Origin: Alloascoidea hylecoeti
Taxonomy: Eukaryota
Direction: 5' to 3'
Assembly (NCBI GenBank): GCA_001600815.1
Contig: BCKZ01000008.1
Span: 1,023,885-1,081,664 of the forward strand
Length of the DNA: 57,780 nucleotides
A program made the translations under genes and the position numbers. The notes under the pieces are model-generated. The model was not told where the DNA came from, ran no database searches, and worked only from the letters and a program-made list of their open reading frames with translations. Positions 11,419 through 24,644 of the stretch are shown one piece after another (the first letter of the stretch is position 1; every line of letters begins with the position of its first letter).

Positions 11419-12366
11419 AGTTATTTCTAAAGTTTTATGTAGGCTCTACATATTTCACAGTACGCTCATTAATATATTTGTTATCTATCCCTTCCTATAA
11501 GTTATACATTTGAGACTGTGTGCGATAACAGAAAAAAGCTATAAAGCGATTTACATACATTTATAGTGTAGGTAATATTTAGTCTTGGGTAGTTATCTGA
11601 AAAGGAGTTGCTTTTGTTTCACGTAACGAATTCACTTCACACTCTCGCAATGTACTACGTAAAGTTTTCAAAAATATAAGATCCTGATAAGTTAATTGAC
11701 CTTGCACTTCCCAAGCTTCAAGTAAGTATTACAACAAGTATTGCTAATTATTGTACATTAAAATCTATATAAATCATGCTTATATAACAATAAGATTAAG
11801 AATGAAATTTTAAATATCAATTGCAATGAAGTAAAGTGATTGCCCCCAAACCCAACCCTCTCTATCTTTATATAATAAATTTTCAAGCCCACATATCCTT
11901 CTTAACCATCACATAAAACAATAAAATATAACCCTAACTGCGAAATATCACCTCCAAAATCGAAAACAGGGAGTTGTTTCATTAAAAATGGTGATTTGTG
12001 CTCGTATGATTTGTACAATATGAAGAACAAAATAATGAGGCGATTTAGGGTCTTCCGCTTTTTGAGAAGTGATAAAATCGAGTGTTGAATAATATAATAT
12101 TTGTCGGTATATGAAATAAATTAAAGGGATTACCTGTGAACCGATGTAGATACTAGAAAACAAAATATACAAAAATAGATACCAGCGATGTATCCTTTAC
12201 TCCAACGAAGAAAATATTAATTAAGCCAGTTGCAAAAACATAAAAAGAATTAACACGATCGTGACCATAATCATGAAAATGGTTGATGAAAATTCCATGA
12301 ATTTACAAACCCCAGAATAACATAAAATGTGATAATAAAATGACGAATAATTACGGTTATGAAGCT

Positions 12367-12933
12367 TCATATCAACAGCTCATCAATTAAATCTGAACTG
12401 AGATAATCATCACCATTTAAATCTTTCAATGGAGATAACCAATTTTGCTCCTGTATTTTAGTCTCTAATATCCTTAATGCTTGTGATAATTCATCCACTT
12501 TTTCCTGCATCTTTTTGGGAGAAATCACACTAATGATCTTAATTTCTGTTTTTGAATAATTATTACTCCAAATAGTAGCACAATTAGCCACCTTTCCATA
12601 CATTGTCCTTCGTTTTTTCAAGATTTCCTTCGTCGCCAAAGCTTCAGTAATAGAAAGCTTCATTATCTCATCTCTACCTGGGGCATTTGTTGTCGGTGCA
12701 GCCAAGGAATTACTTTCAATTCCAATAAAGGTTTTTGAATTTGTTAAGTTAATACAAGCACTAAGAAACCTAAGTTGTTGAGAAAGAGATTCATATGTTT
12801 GAATTAATTCATTTATATCATATTGGGGTTCATCACCTTCCTGAACCTTACATACTTCCCTAATACGATTGTTGTAACTCTGAAGTCTTTTATCAATATC
12901 AGACTTTAGCTTTAAAGCTTCGGCTAAAAGCAT
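12367..12933 (-). CDS. DIP1984-family (bacterial-type) coiled-coil protein, 188 aa
   Basis: First ATG is at 12933. MLLAEAL, KVQEGDEP, INLTN, YSKTEIKIIS and LETKIQEQNW match the bacterial pattern MKLAEAL..VQEG..P..IN.TN..YSRSEIK..LD..IQ..NW. Confidence 0.8.
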   Translation of the reverse strand: MLLAEALKLKSDIDKRLQSYNNRIREVCKVQEGDEPQYDINELIQTYESLSQQLRFLSACINLTNSKTFIGIESNSLAAPTTNAPGRDEIMKLSITEALATKEILKKRRTMYGKVANCATIWSNNYSKTEIKIISVISPKKMQEKVDELSQALRILETKIQEQNWLSPLKDLNGDDYLSSDLIDELLI

Positions 12934-13415
12934 GTGTAACCAACCTGAATTATTATGAAGCTGAGATATTTGCAACGAAGATGTATTTGGACTTGTTACA
13001 AATTGCTTGCAGATTTGTCTCCTTTTAAATCAAACGAATATTACATTTGACCATTAAAAAATACAAAATGATTAATTTCGACTCATAAATCACAAATATT
13101 TAAAATTTTCTAAAAATCAGTAGTTCTCCAAACAATTTGAATGTGGGTCGAACGCTGGGGTTATGCTTTAAATAATTGATTACTAAAGATGTTTATTTTC
13201 CGAATGTCTCCGACTATGCTATCCGAAGGCAAATAGGTACAAAATTTACCCCACAATCCTAAAAACCACAGCTATGGGCAAATTGGTAATAAAATTTGCC
13301 TATATATGATTATAATCTAACTTTATTGTTTTGTCTTTAAAAAACGATATTTTAATGCAAAATCCCTAATATCAAACTTCCATATCAATTCGTATACCTA
13401 ATAGAAAGCGCTGCA

Positions 13416-14430
13416 ATGACAAACTGACAATGTTCAACCATGCTTGTTTAGATGCAAATAATCAATGAGAAAAATATTCCAGAAAATGGGTAGATAAATA
13501 TTTCAATTCGGTTTCTAGAATAAACAATTTGAAAGCAGAACTACCTCAATTGATTAAAAAAATGGATGCTTCTGTTATTCTTGTACTGGGAGCAATACAT
13601 CTATAAATAGTAAATCAAATATTATAAGAGGTAACTCTGGTAAATAATCAACTTCAAACTCTATTGTTGATACTTCAATACTATCACAATTAACTCGACC
13701 TACTGAAAAATCTGGTGTAATTCTCCAAATGTGTAATAGAAAGTGGAAGTTACTTCATCACCATCAACAACCATTATCATCAAGTTCTCAATTATCAACT
13801 CATAATCATGATAGTTCTAGTAGTAATAAAAATTTTAATACTAAAATTATTAAAAAAGAATTTTACCCGAGTAATGAAATATTAAATGAAGTGAGGAGCA
13901 ATTTATTAAAAATATATCTCAAATATTGACATTGAAAGAATTTTGTTTACTAAAAAATAAAGCTGGAAAGATATTTAACTTGGTAAAGTTCACCAATCGA
14001 GGAGAAAGCGATGGCACACAAAAGGAAGTGCATTTTTATTAGTGGGTAAGTGCTAACACTAATTTACTCATTTACTCAAAAAACATAATTGCCACATGTG
14101 GTATAGGTCAATTAGTATAATTAGAAAAAGATGAAAGAAGAAGATAAAATATACTAATAAATATTTGGTCTTTCAGCGTTAAAATTAGCTCCATTATCTC
14201 TACATTATTATTACGTTTAAAAAGTTATTCGTCATTACAGTTACAACTGGTTTAGTTTCCAATGATAAACTTAAATTAGATGAGACAGTAACTTTGTGAT
14301 TAACATTGTAATTAATGTTTAATTACAATTCAATGTTATCTGGTTTCATTGGTTTCATTTGTTTCACAGATGCACCGAAAGAAGATGTTGAAAAAGTAAT
14401 AAATTAAGCTAAAGAAGATAAGATTTTGTA
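13416..14430 (+). pseudogene. Highly decayed cofactor-dependent phosphoglycerate mutase (Gpm1/2/3-like)
   Basis: Collinear fragments in shifting frames: KLTMFNH (~KLVLVRH), NEKNI..WVD (~NEKNLFTGWVD), SQLTRPTEK (~SKLSRAIQT), PLSSSSQLS (~PIDASSPFS), YPSNEILNEV (~LPETESLALV), QLV*LEKMKEED (~LVKHLEGISDAD), TGL..KLDE (~TGIPLVFELDE). Many stops. Confidence 0.5.
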
Positions 14431-15760
14431 GCTGAAAAAATTCATTCTTGTGAAGTTATGAAAATGATTGCAATTAGAGTAATGATATTTTAATAAAAAG
14501 AACGGAAGGGAAAATATTATCGATATTTCTATATATTTCCATCATTATTTTGATATTAGATATATATAACAGTAAGTAAATCCCAATTTATTTTTAATTT
14601 GTTTAATTTAGCTCGGTACAGTATCATAGTCATAGAAGCATATGCATATGTATTCAAAGTATTGACTCAAAGTTCCATTTAATATAATTGTATATGCCCA
14701 TATTACATTCTTTCTATGATTTACATCAATTAATAAATAATTCATATAGAATTCATCTTCGTGAAAAGTGATAACAAGTGATTACAAGTAATTGGTTTAA
14801 TATCAGTGCCTTTTGAAATTCAAAGTGGTAATGGGTTTGAGTTTCATTATTAATTTTTGAAATTGAAATGGGGTCTATTCATATCACAATATGTTCTTGT
14901 ACATCTTTATTTATTTAAAATTTTGGTTGAACTGTATTTATGAGATGTTCCTTCAGTATCAGCGGTGGTATATTTAAAATCAATCTATGTGTAGAATTAT
15001 TTCTTCCAAATGCCACATTTTTATAGGATTTGTTGTTAGAGGTTACATTCATAGTTATAAGTTTATGCTTGGAGTATGCATGCCTAGTAATTTAAAAATT
15101 CAGAAAGTTCATCGCGATCGGTGCCCTTCTTACCCATATATATGCGTAATCATTTAGATTTACTGTCAAACGGGTTATAATGAGTCACACACTTTATACT
15201 TTACAGTTGGTCAATAAGCAAAATGGGATTGATAGATTTTTGCTTTTAATAATTTTCTACGTATATATGCATATAAGTAATATTTTTACATTGGGTGATT
15301 ATTACCCCATAACAATCTACCATATCATGTGATAATCATCCTTATAACTAAGTTATATAAAGTATAAGATCCTATATATACCCTACATTAAATATATAGT
15401 AAGTTGTAACATTATAAAGTACATATATTGACAAAACACAGCTGCCAGAACTCCCAGGTTATTCTTATAATTACGTACTATCGTTGAAAACTAAAACTTG
15501 TTGGCAAAACCAAAACTGTAAAGATTTTCGAATTCTAGTCAATACATTTCTGCTATAGTTGATATTTAACATTTATTACAAGAGGACCCAAAATCAATCT
15601 TACCACCACCACTCTAACTTACTCATTCGCATACATTAATAATCAGATTTATATATAATTACAAAACAAAAAGCCCTCTTCGAATATCAAAGCAAAAACA
15701 TTTAAATCAAAACATGAACAACAAATATATAAGGATACAAAACATATTACTTATATATAA

Positions 15761-17308
15761 CTATAAAGTATATCTGAATTCTTTGTTTTCCATATCTGTT
15801 AAATCAGCGAAAGCTTGTTTCATTTCATGACCATAATATCCCTCACCCGTCATATCACGACGTCTATTCTCTCTCCAATTCAATAAGTACATAGCTGGAA
15901 AACACAGTAAACAAACAGCATAGCATGCCATAACTCCAACTTTTGCGGACACATAATCGGGCGCTTCTTTGTCTCGAAATGTTTGTGGCCCTACCATATT
16001 GCCAACAGCGTATCCAATTAAGTAAACTGCATTCACAGTCACCTTCTTTGTATGTCCAGCAACATTCGAAGATACAAGTGCGAACATAATCATCATTGCA
16101 ACAGGCGCAACAACTAATATATAATAACCAGCAAGTTCAACGTGGACATTTTCGGAAAATGCCAACATAGATGATCCAATTAAAGAAATCGCAATCGCAA
16201 GCCCACCGGTCAACATTCTTTCGTCTATTTTATGGCAGAAATAACCGAAAAATAGAACGCCCACAAATTCAACAGCACCAGAAGGCATGTTCATTAACAA
16301 AGTTTTTAGAGTGGAGTATCCCATTGATTCGTGAATAAGAATTGATGCAAAGTTACTAATAGCTCCATTAGGTATATTTAATGAGACAGCAGAAACAAAC
16401 ATAATCCACGTCCTGGGATCTATGAAGGCCTCTTTAAATTGATATAATTTAAATGTCCTATTACCGACACCTTGCTGATTAGCTCTTAACCTTTTCACTA
16501 CGAGTTTCTTTTCATCATAGTTCAAAAACTTGGCTTGCAATGGTGAATCTGGAATCACAATTAACACAGCACATGCAAAAATAATAGTTAGAATACCGAG
16601 AAGGATAAATAATACCTTCCATGCCTCGACTTTAATCTTATCTTCATTATATGCAAGCGCATACCCAATAGAGCAAGCTATAATCTTACCAAAACCATTA
16701 GAAGATACCCAGAAAGATGTTCTCAACGTCTGTTCCTCTCTTCTATACCACTGAGATGTTAGAAGTACAAATGCTGGACTAATACCAGACTCTAACATTC
16801 CCAGCAATGTTCTACAGGCAATAAAACCAGCATAATTGCAGAAAGCAGTGCAAATCAAAATTATACCCCATAATACTAAAAAAACAGTGATTGTTTTTGC
16901 AACTGGGAACCTTTGAAGAATAAAGCAAGCAGGAAGAGAGAAGATAAAATACCCAAGATAAAATGAGGTACCAGCCCATGAATACATATTTCCTTTCATC
17001 CCTAAATCAGTTCGAAGACCCATAATTGCAGCATACGAGGAAGCTGTTTTGTCCATAAATTGGATAGCATAAACAAGGCACATCATCGGACATAAGATCA
17101 AATCTGTCTTTAACACTAGTTTTTTTTCTTCAACAGGGTCGATTTCTTCATCGTCATCCATTGACAGATAATATGCTGGGTCGAATCCTGTCATCGATAC
17201 TGATTGAGAAGCTGTATCATCATTGTTGGTAGCATTATGATGTCCCATCTCTATTATACTTGAGGTTTCTTGTTCATTGTACCATGAACTATCTTTTCGT
17301 ACTAGCAT
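15761..17308 (-). CDS. MFS anion:cation symporter, Dal5-like allantoate/dipeptide permease
   Basis: QFMDKT, RTLLGMLES, SQWYRREEQ, PDSP..AKFL, NVAGHTKK, GNMVGPQTF, ENRRRD and FADLTDMENKEFRY. Confidence 0.92.
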   Translation of the reverse strand: MLVRKDSSWYNEQETSSIIEMGHHNATNNDDTASQSVSMTGFDPAYYLSMDDDEEIDPVEEKKLVLKTDLILCPMMCLVYAIQFMDKTASSYAAIMGLRTDLGMKGNMYSWAGTSFYLGYFIFSLPACFILQRFPVAKTITVFLVLWGIILICTAFCNYAGFIACRTLLGMLESGISPAFVLLTSQWYRREEQTLRTSFWVSSNGFGKIIACSIGYALAYNEDKIKVEAWKVLFILLGILTIIFACAVLIVIPDSPLQAKFLNYDEKKLVVKRLRANQQGVGNRTFKLYQFKEAFIDPRTWIMFVSAVSLNIPNGAISNFASILIHESMGYSTLKTLLMNMPSGAVEFVGVLFFGYFCHKIDERMLTGGLAIAISLIGSSMLAFSENVHVELAGYYILVVAPVAMMIMFALVSSNVAGHTKKVTVNAVYLIGYAVGNMVGPQTFRDKEAPDYVSAKVGVMACYAVCLLCFPAMYLLNWRENRRRDMTGEGYYGHEMKQAFADLTDMENKEFRYTL

Positions 17309-19045
17309 CTTGGTTTAAATTTGTATCGACCCTTCAAAATCTAAAGGTGAAAACTATTTTAATGAAGGGAATACCTTAAGATGAAGTCACCAAATTGAAG
17401 GGATAATGGTTGTTTTAAATATGTAACCTTTGTATTGATATAATACTATTGACAATTTGATATAATAGTAGCTAAAAATTGTTCTAATTATACCAGAAAC
17501 GTCAACTTTTAATACACCAAGGCGAATATATATACAGCATATTCAAACCTCAGAATTCCACTGAGAGGTTCGTGCAGTGATGTTTTATAAATAATCGTTG
17601 TTTCAAGACTTTTATACAATGATCTACACTGATTCTACAGTAAACTTTTTCCTAGGTTGTCATAATCTGCAGGTATGATCCAGCAGTATACGTACCACTT
17701 CCCATAAGCCATAACGATCATTATCCCGAAATGTCTCATAATTATTGATTATAGCGCTATTGGATCAGTGATCACGAATCACGATCATGCGTTTCCAAGC
17801 TCAAGAATAAAGCTCCTTAACCTTAAAAAGAGTTCTGGAGCTCATTTATTATTGTGAAATTGCGGATTTATAAACATGAAATATAAAATATAATATGATT
17901 ATGCATACAACGTTAACCCTTCATATTCATCACCTGAATACATATATAACGTATGTCATAACACTCGTTGAAGAATTTACTAAACTATTACTTCTTTCAG
18001 AAATATTAGTAATTTAATTTATATATATATTGTTACCAAAAATTTCTACAATTATTTTTGGTGACAATCATTTATCAATTAAATAGTCTATTTTTCAGTG
18101 CTAAATATAATGTTTAGCAGGCCTAAACCAAATTAATTTGCAAATCGTAAATGAAATAAGAGGCTTTAAACCTTTTGATCTTAATTATATATATAAGCTA
18201 TTCCAAGATACATTTTGTAGATATTATTTATATTATTATTTCAAGCTCAAGCGCAGCATAATGTGGGCATCTGAGACATGCATTAGTTAATATTATAAAA
18301 GATCGAAAATTTGAAATTGGTTCAATATTAGTATTATATTACCGTATCAATAACTTCAATTCTAGGATCGATATTAAATAATACTAATGTATATGATTAT
18401 AACTGTAATGAGAAGAACGGATGGTTTTTATCATCAAATGCAAAGCCATGAAGAACTATTTTATGGCTTATAGTCTACAATGACTCTACAGATATAGAAC
18501 TATATTAGATTCTATAGCAACTTCTATCCGTCGGATTCTGTCTCCCGGCTTCTAATCTAATAAGTTTAAGCTTATATTATAGGGGCCGGCTTAAAGTAAT
18601 CCAAGAAATCATGACATATCCGATTGCTTTCATATTTGTTTTCCTATGATTGCCTACACTATTTGTCTTTCAATATTTTCTAGGATAGGAATATATATTA
18701 GCTCATAGCTAGCTGCTAGCTAGTAAAGATTAGAATATGTAAAAACTAGACATCCCCGTACATTTATAGTATTATTACTAATAAATTAATCGAGATTCTT
18801 TTTATTTCCTAACCAGATTTTATAATTATCTTATTGTACAGTTTACAATTGCAAGATGGAAGATAAATTCAAGATATATAGTGTTGTATTAAACAATTGC
18901 AATTAAATGAAACTATGCAATTCCTGTGTTTAGAAGTCTAATAGAAGCCGGTATAATATAGCTCTCCCGGCCATGTATGCATCCATGCTAAACACAACGT
19001 ATAGGTATTATAGGTCTACACGCAACACCATCACAATATTCAATC

Positions 19046-19088
19046 TTTTCAGTTTTTCAGTTTTTCAGTTTTTCGGTTTTTTGTTTTT
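19046..19088. repeat. (TTTTTCAG)n short tandem repeat
   Basis: About 4 degenerate 8-bp units are visible. Confidence 0.7.
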
Positions 19089-21130
19089 ACAATCTATCAG
19101 ATTTTATTTTTTAAAAGTTTGCGTACTGTTTCTTAGGGTCAGACTTACTTGTGGTGTCAAATGAAATGGAATCCCCAAGTGTGACAAACACTCCATCATC
19201 AAACAGTCGGTAATACATGTACCACCTACAGCAAGATTTATTTTCACGACATACACCACAACTTGTCTTTTCACAATTTCACAAGAGGAAACCCATCTAA
19301 TCCCATCATACAGCTAAACTCAGATTGTTAGTTCACATTTCCGACCATAGTCATAGGTTCTACCTTGTTCGCCTCACATAACATCTCAAAGTTTCTGTTC
19401 CCAAGATTCACTTTTATTTACATTTGTAGCTGCATGTGTACGCAAACAACAGATAGATATATAGACATGTTACTTATATATGTATGAAGATAATTATAAT
19501 CACACTGCTTGATATCAGTAAAGAACTTGTGAATATTATGTATAAATAGTTTAAAGTTATAAATATAAGGTCCTTATATATATATATATATATTTATTCT
19601 TGCAATTGGACATAGTATTTTTGAACGATGTGTTGTCACTGTTAAAATTTTTTAATTATATTCTGTAGCTCATTATTTAATATATTTATTCGTCTTTTGA
19701 ACCATATAAAATAAATCTGTCAAATTTTAACTCATGAGTATTAATGATAATTATAATTATAAAGTTATTATACTATTCTTAATTTTTTTTTTTTCTTATG
19801 CATATGGCCGTATATATAAATATAAGATCTTATACATGTATTGTTTTTAGACATTTTTAAAACATTTTTATTGTTGCAATTAAGAATCAAATATTAATAT
19901 ATAAATAACTTGATTTTATATAGATCTATCAAATTATTTGCACTTGTAATATATACATAGCAAGACCGCAGCCAACTATATAATTTATCACCAGCTAGCT
20001 TTAAATCTAAAGGTCGATGTTTATAATTTATGATATTTTTAGCTATACATGTATATACAGCTTATATATGCCCATATATATGCATAGTTAAATTTAAACT
20101 TGATTATAGATATATCATATACCATTTCTTGCAATTGGAGCTATAACTTTTAAGATATATATATATGGCTAGGGAAGCTACAACATATACGCCTAAGTAT
20201 ACTCGCATTAATATGGTACACATATATGATAATACATCTTAATTATATACATGTATATTTTGATAATTATATCAGATCTTTTTCTAATAATTTTATACCA
20301 ATAATTACAATTTTAATTGATTATTAAGTAATATGCATAATATATCGATATCTTCATAAATAACTAATTGATCTCAATTAGATTAAAGCATATAATTAAG
20401 CTTATAAGACATATATATATATTATTTAGGTATATATTTACACAATGGCATTAATATTAGTCTTATAAATATTAATCTCAGTCATAGAAATATGCATGTC
20501 TAAGCTTAAACTTAAAATGGCAATACATTGAATACAATTGCACTAATAAATCCATCTTTAGTTTTACTTATTCACAATTACGAAATCAATACCAACATAG
20601 GCCTAGGTTATTAATTGATATATATAGTATATACACAATATTCTAAATGGATCGCGTACGTAGTCATATAGCTATAGTGATGTTTATTGGAGACGTAAAT
20701 TTAAAGACTGGCTATATGGTCGATATCAATTAAGTCATATATAGTCTATATATAGATAACTATTAATTAGTCTGTTACAAGTAAATTAAAGGAACAGGAT
20801 ATATAAGATACTACCGGTATTTGGTATCACTTCTTCTTAAAATACAATACTCATCTTAGTTAAAAAAAGTGGATCCCCCAGCATACTAAATTACAATCTT
20901 ACGAGTTGACAGATATCGATACAATTTCATACAACCAACTTATTTTATATCATTATTGTAGCAGGAGTTTGATTTCTATATATAATTATGCATATAACTT
21001 CAACGACCTGCAAAACAACATTTTTCTCCAGATGTTAGAAATAATCCTATAGCTAGGCATGCGCAATGCGCAGTGCACTATTTTTCGGAGACATTCGATG
21101 ATTATTTTATAATTAAGCTTATATAGAATA

Positions 21131-21258
21131 CAGTCGAGTGATTAATTATGGTCCGATATGAAGACAAAACAATTGGACCGATATGCAGACAAAACAATTG
21201 ATACAATTTGAAGACTAAACAATTGACACTATGTATCTTCCCTTTCAAAGCACGACTG
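21131..21258. mobile_element. Short Tc1/mariner-like non-autonomous element containing three 25-bp tandem units
   Basis: TA|CAGTCG...CGACTG|TA termini. Internal units: ggtccgatatgaagacaaaacaatt (21150), ggaccgatatgcagacaaaacaatt (21175) and gatacaatttgaagactaaacaatt (21200). Confidence 0.5.
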
Positions 21259-22719
21259 TATAATAGTGTATAGTTTATACTTAAACAGATGTATGGTTTC
21301 ATTGTGAAACGCTCTAGTTTCTAACTTTAAAATAAGTTTACTGATTAGTGATTAGTACTGATGACCTATCTCCACTTAAAATAACAATATCCACATATAA
21401 TAATAATAATATATAGTCCATTCCAGACTCGTCGTATCATAATATACATTTTAATATTGATTGTACATATTACATTTATATGTTATTGTAATTTTCTATG
21501 CATACCTGCCCTCATTTTGAAAAAGTGATGTATGAAAATATAGGACAATATAATATAGCGGCTAAGTTATTAAAGTAAAATTGAATATCTAGGTTATCAC
21601 AGTTATGTCCTTAAAGTACGTACGTTTCAATCGATATATAATATTATAACAATTACCACAACTAATTATAACTTATGTGTATCATCGATATCTTATATCA
21701 TATCTCGCTAAACATTTAGCGACACAAATATAATAGTTAACGTTAACATGTTCTAGAATACGGCTGTATAAATATACGTTGTTGTTCACTTAGATACCAC
21801 GGAATCAGGATACCTATTACTTAGATCCAGAGTATGCTTCATAATATATTATTAAAGTTGACAAATTTATTTATAACATGTTACATGCATGCACTATATA
21901 ATACCTAATTCCTATAAGATCTTATATATAGTATAAGTATAGCTTAAAATAACATCCCCGCCGTCAGCCGAAGCAGACTAGTATTTAAGCCAGGATATAT
22001 GTTGAGAATAATATTAATTGAAATTTATAAAAAAAAGTTATTTTGATGGTATCAGTTACAAACTACAGGTATATAACTTATACGGAGTTGAAACTGGTTG
22101 CAATTGATATAATTATATAGGAAATGACACCACAGTTGCAAAGTAGTTGCTCTAGAGATCTCAGACCATGGCCACCTAGTTCGTTAATAACTATGTACCA
22201 TTGTACCCCAATTTGTGTACATTTACTGAAACATTTTATGGGGATTAATCAATTAGAGTAACTCAATTGCAATTACAATATTAATAGTAAGTAATGCAGT
22301 CGATAAGAATTTACGTTAGATCATATGTATACTATTTCAGTACTTGCAAAATCTTGATCAGATAACAAATAATTGCAAGTTGAGGATCAATATTAATATT
22401 GATATAAAAGCTTATACTTATACCTATATTACTTATGCTAATATACTTTAATTCACAACTCCAATATTAATTGCAAATTAATTAAATAGTGATTTCTAAC
22501 CATCTGCAAAGGTAAGTTTAAGATATTAATTATATGATACCCTAAAAATCAGGGCCTAAATATAGTCACCCTGATAGATAATATCTAGATATATTTGAAC
22601 TTGCACATTTAGATTCCAATTGTATTAAATTCAGTTGCAGTTATAATATATATATTATATCATAACTTACAAGGTAAGTTCCAACGAGGACTCATGCATA
22701 TGCTACCATTATGCATGAA

Positions 22720-23560
22720 AAACACAAAAACTAAAAGATTTTTTAGAATTCATCAAAATTATTTATTGTTTATAAAAAACGTACTCCTTTTTCGTGAGAC
22801 AGGAAAATCTGGCAGTTATTTTCTTATATATTTGAGAAGTCTTTGGTGCCGTTCAGCAGGTGGAATACGTTGTAAAGATGGAGGCATGTTCTCCGCATTG
22901 ACCATGTTCCGTAAAATGTTAAGAATAGTGTTATTAGGCACAATCTTGACAAGCTCCTTCACACCTGTATTAATTCTAGAACAAAGCTTATCCAAGTTTT
23001 CTAGTGGATAATTGGGTGCTTTGGGTGGGTTTGTTACTTCTATAAAGTAACTCTGATAGGACTCAAACATATGTGACAGATGACGGAGATGAGTCTTCTC
23101 ATTGTGATCAGAAATCGAGTATTTTCCCACTGACCAACCACTTCATATTTTGTTTTTCAGTCTCATTATTTAGTCCTTCTTAAAGTTACGTAAATACTTT
23201 TAATCGGTTTAGTTGTTATCTTCAATTACTGAAATTCTTCAAGACTTCTTCTGGATTGAATGGGGAAATCTTATACCTGTTCTTATAAAACCAACAATTA
23301 AGTTTTAGACGTCAACATCAGGATGTCAAAATTTTTGGCATTTGTTACTTATAGGTGCCCGTTTGTAGATTTTTTGAAACTTCTGTTATTGTCGGGCTTG
23401 TGTCCAATCTTTTCATTGGAAATAGCCGAGGGTTGAGAATAGCTTATTCTAAATTTTGAGCCTTTCTCTGTTTCTGTGACCTTTTGTTTTTGTTAAACGT
23501 TATTTTAGTAAGGAATTGGGTATTTTAAACAGTTAAACTAGAATTTTCTGAACACGCGGT
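22720..23560 (-). pseudogene. Decayed coding-like segment of unknown origin
   Basis: 104-codon ORF (22816-23130, GTG start) whose frame stays protein-like past the stop (..KYIRK*LPDFPVSRKGVRFL*TINNFDEF). It is less AT-rich than its surroundings. Confidence 0.3.
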
Positions 23561-24644
23561 TGGTACCTCACTTTTCCTAGTATGTAATCGTATTAATATA
23601 TATATGGTAGTATAATGGTACATGTAAATATTAAGTTATTAACATAAAAACTTCTTCTAAGAAGAATAGTATCGGCCCGCAAACCCACATATTAATTAAG
23701 TCTTTCGCTTAGTATTCCGATATTCCTACTATATCTTGTACGGATTTTGTGGTATATAATGTTATATTCATAATCAATATATATTGTACGTTTATTAAAG
23801 CCTGGGAATGTAATAACTTCAGCCTCAGTTGGGATATACCAGTACCCACTTAATACAATTATAAGCCTATAGTAAGTTTTACCAAACATATACCATGTAA
23901 CTTAATCATTCGAAACCTATGAACTTTCGAGCGTATCATTTATATATTCAATTAAAATATGTTAACAGGCCTAGATTGTTGTATTTAGCCCTATAGCCCT
24001 CTATGTAGTATGTACTAGGTGCTAGCTACCCCCAAGTTCAGATATTCACTGGGATCCTAGGCCTAACTATAGATATGTATAACTTACAGAGTTGCAGATA
24101 CTTGTATTCATAATATTGAATGCATTGAAGCTGAAAAATCCGGGATAAATTCGTTTGATATTATAAAGTTAAATGTTTCCGTTTAACTTCAAAGTCCTTA
24201 TTTACTAGGGAAATCGGTAAATAATTGAATAATAATTCAGGAAGATTGGTAAGTGAATTCGATAATCAGCTTGCCATTTATTGGTAATAAATGTAATATT
24301 GATACAATGTAGAATGTTCAGCAAATGTGATTGTAATTCTTGTTACCGGGGTGATAGATTTTCAGTACCACTCGTTATTTTTACCACTGCTTTCTAGTGA
24401 CAAAAATTAAAACAGCGCGTAGCTACGTATAAGCTTACATTATATATATTTGATGTCATGGGTAGTGTAACTAGTGTTTTACGTATACGATGTTCAGCAT
24501 CAATATCTATTATCATAATAAGACTTAAACTTAAGGTCATTATGTTAGTTAATTATTGGTATAATAAATAGTTAAAACAGGAATTTTTGTAAAGGATAGA
24601 ATCATTCGTATAACTTATATACGGCTCGATCTATAAGTAAATTT

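Noticed and set aside
12934..12975. TTG-initiated N-terminal extension of the DIP1984-like ORF
   Set aside because: Family similarity starts exactly at the ATG at 12933.
21150..21224. 25-bp repeats as a CRISPR array or telomeric repeat
   Set aside because: No spacers and a eukaryotic context; lacks the GGTGT-like core of long yeast telomere units.
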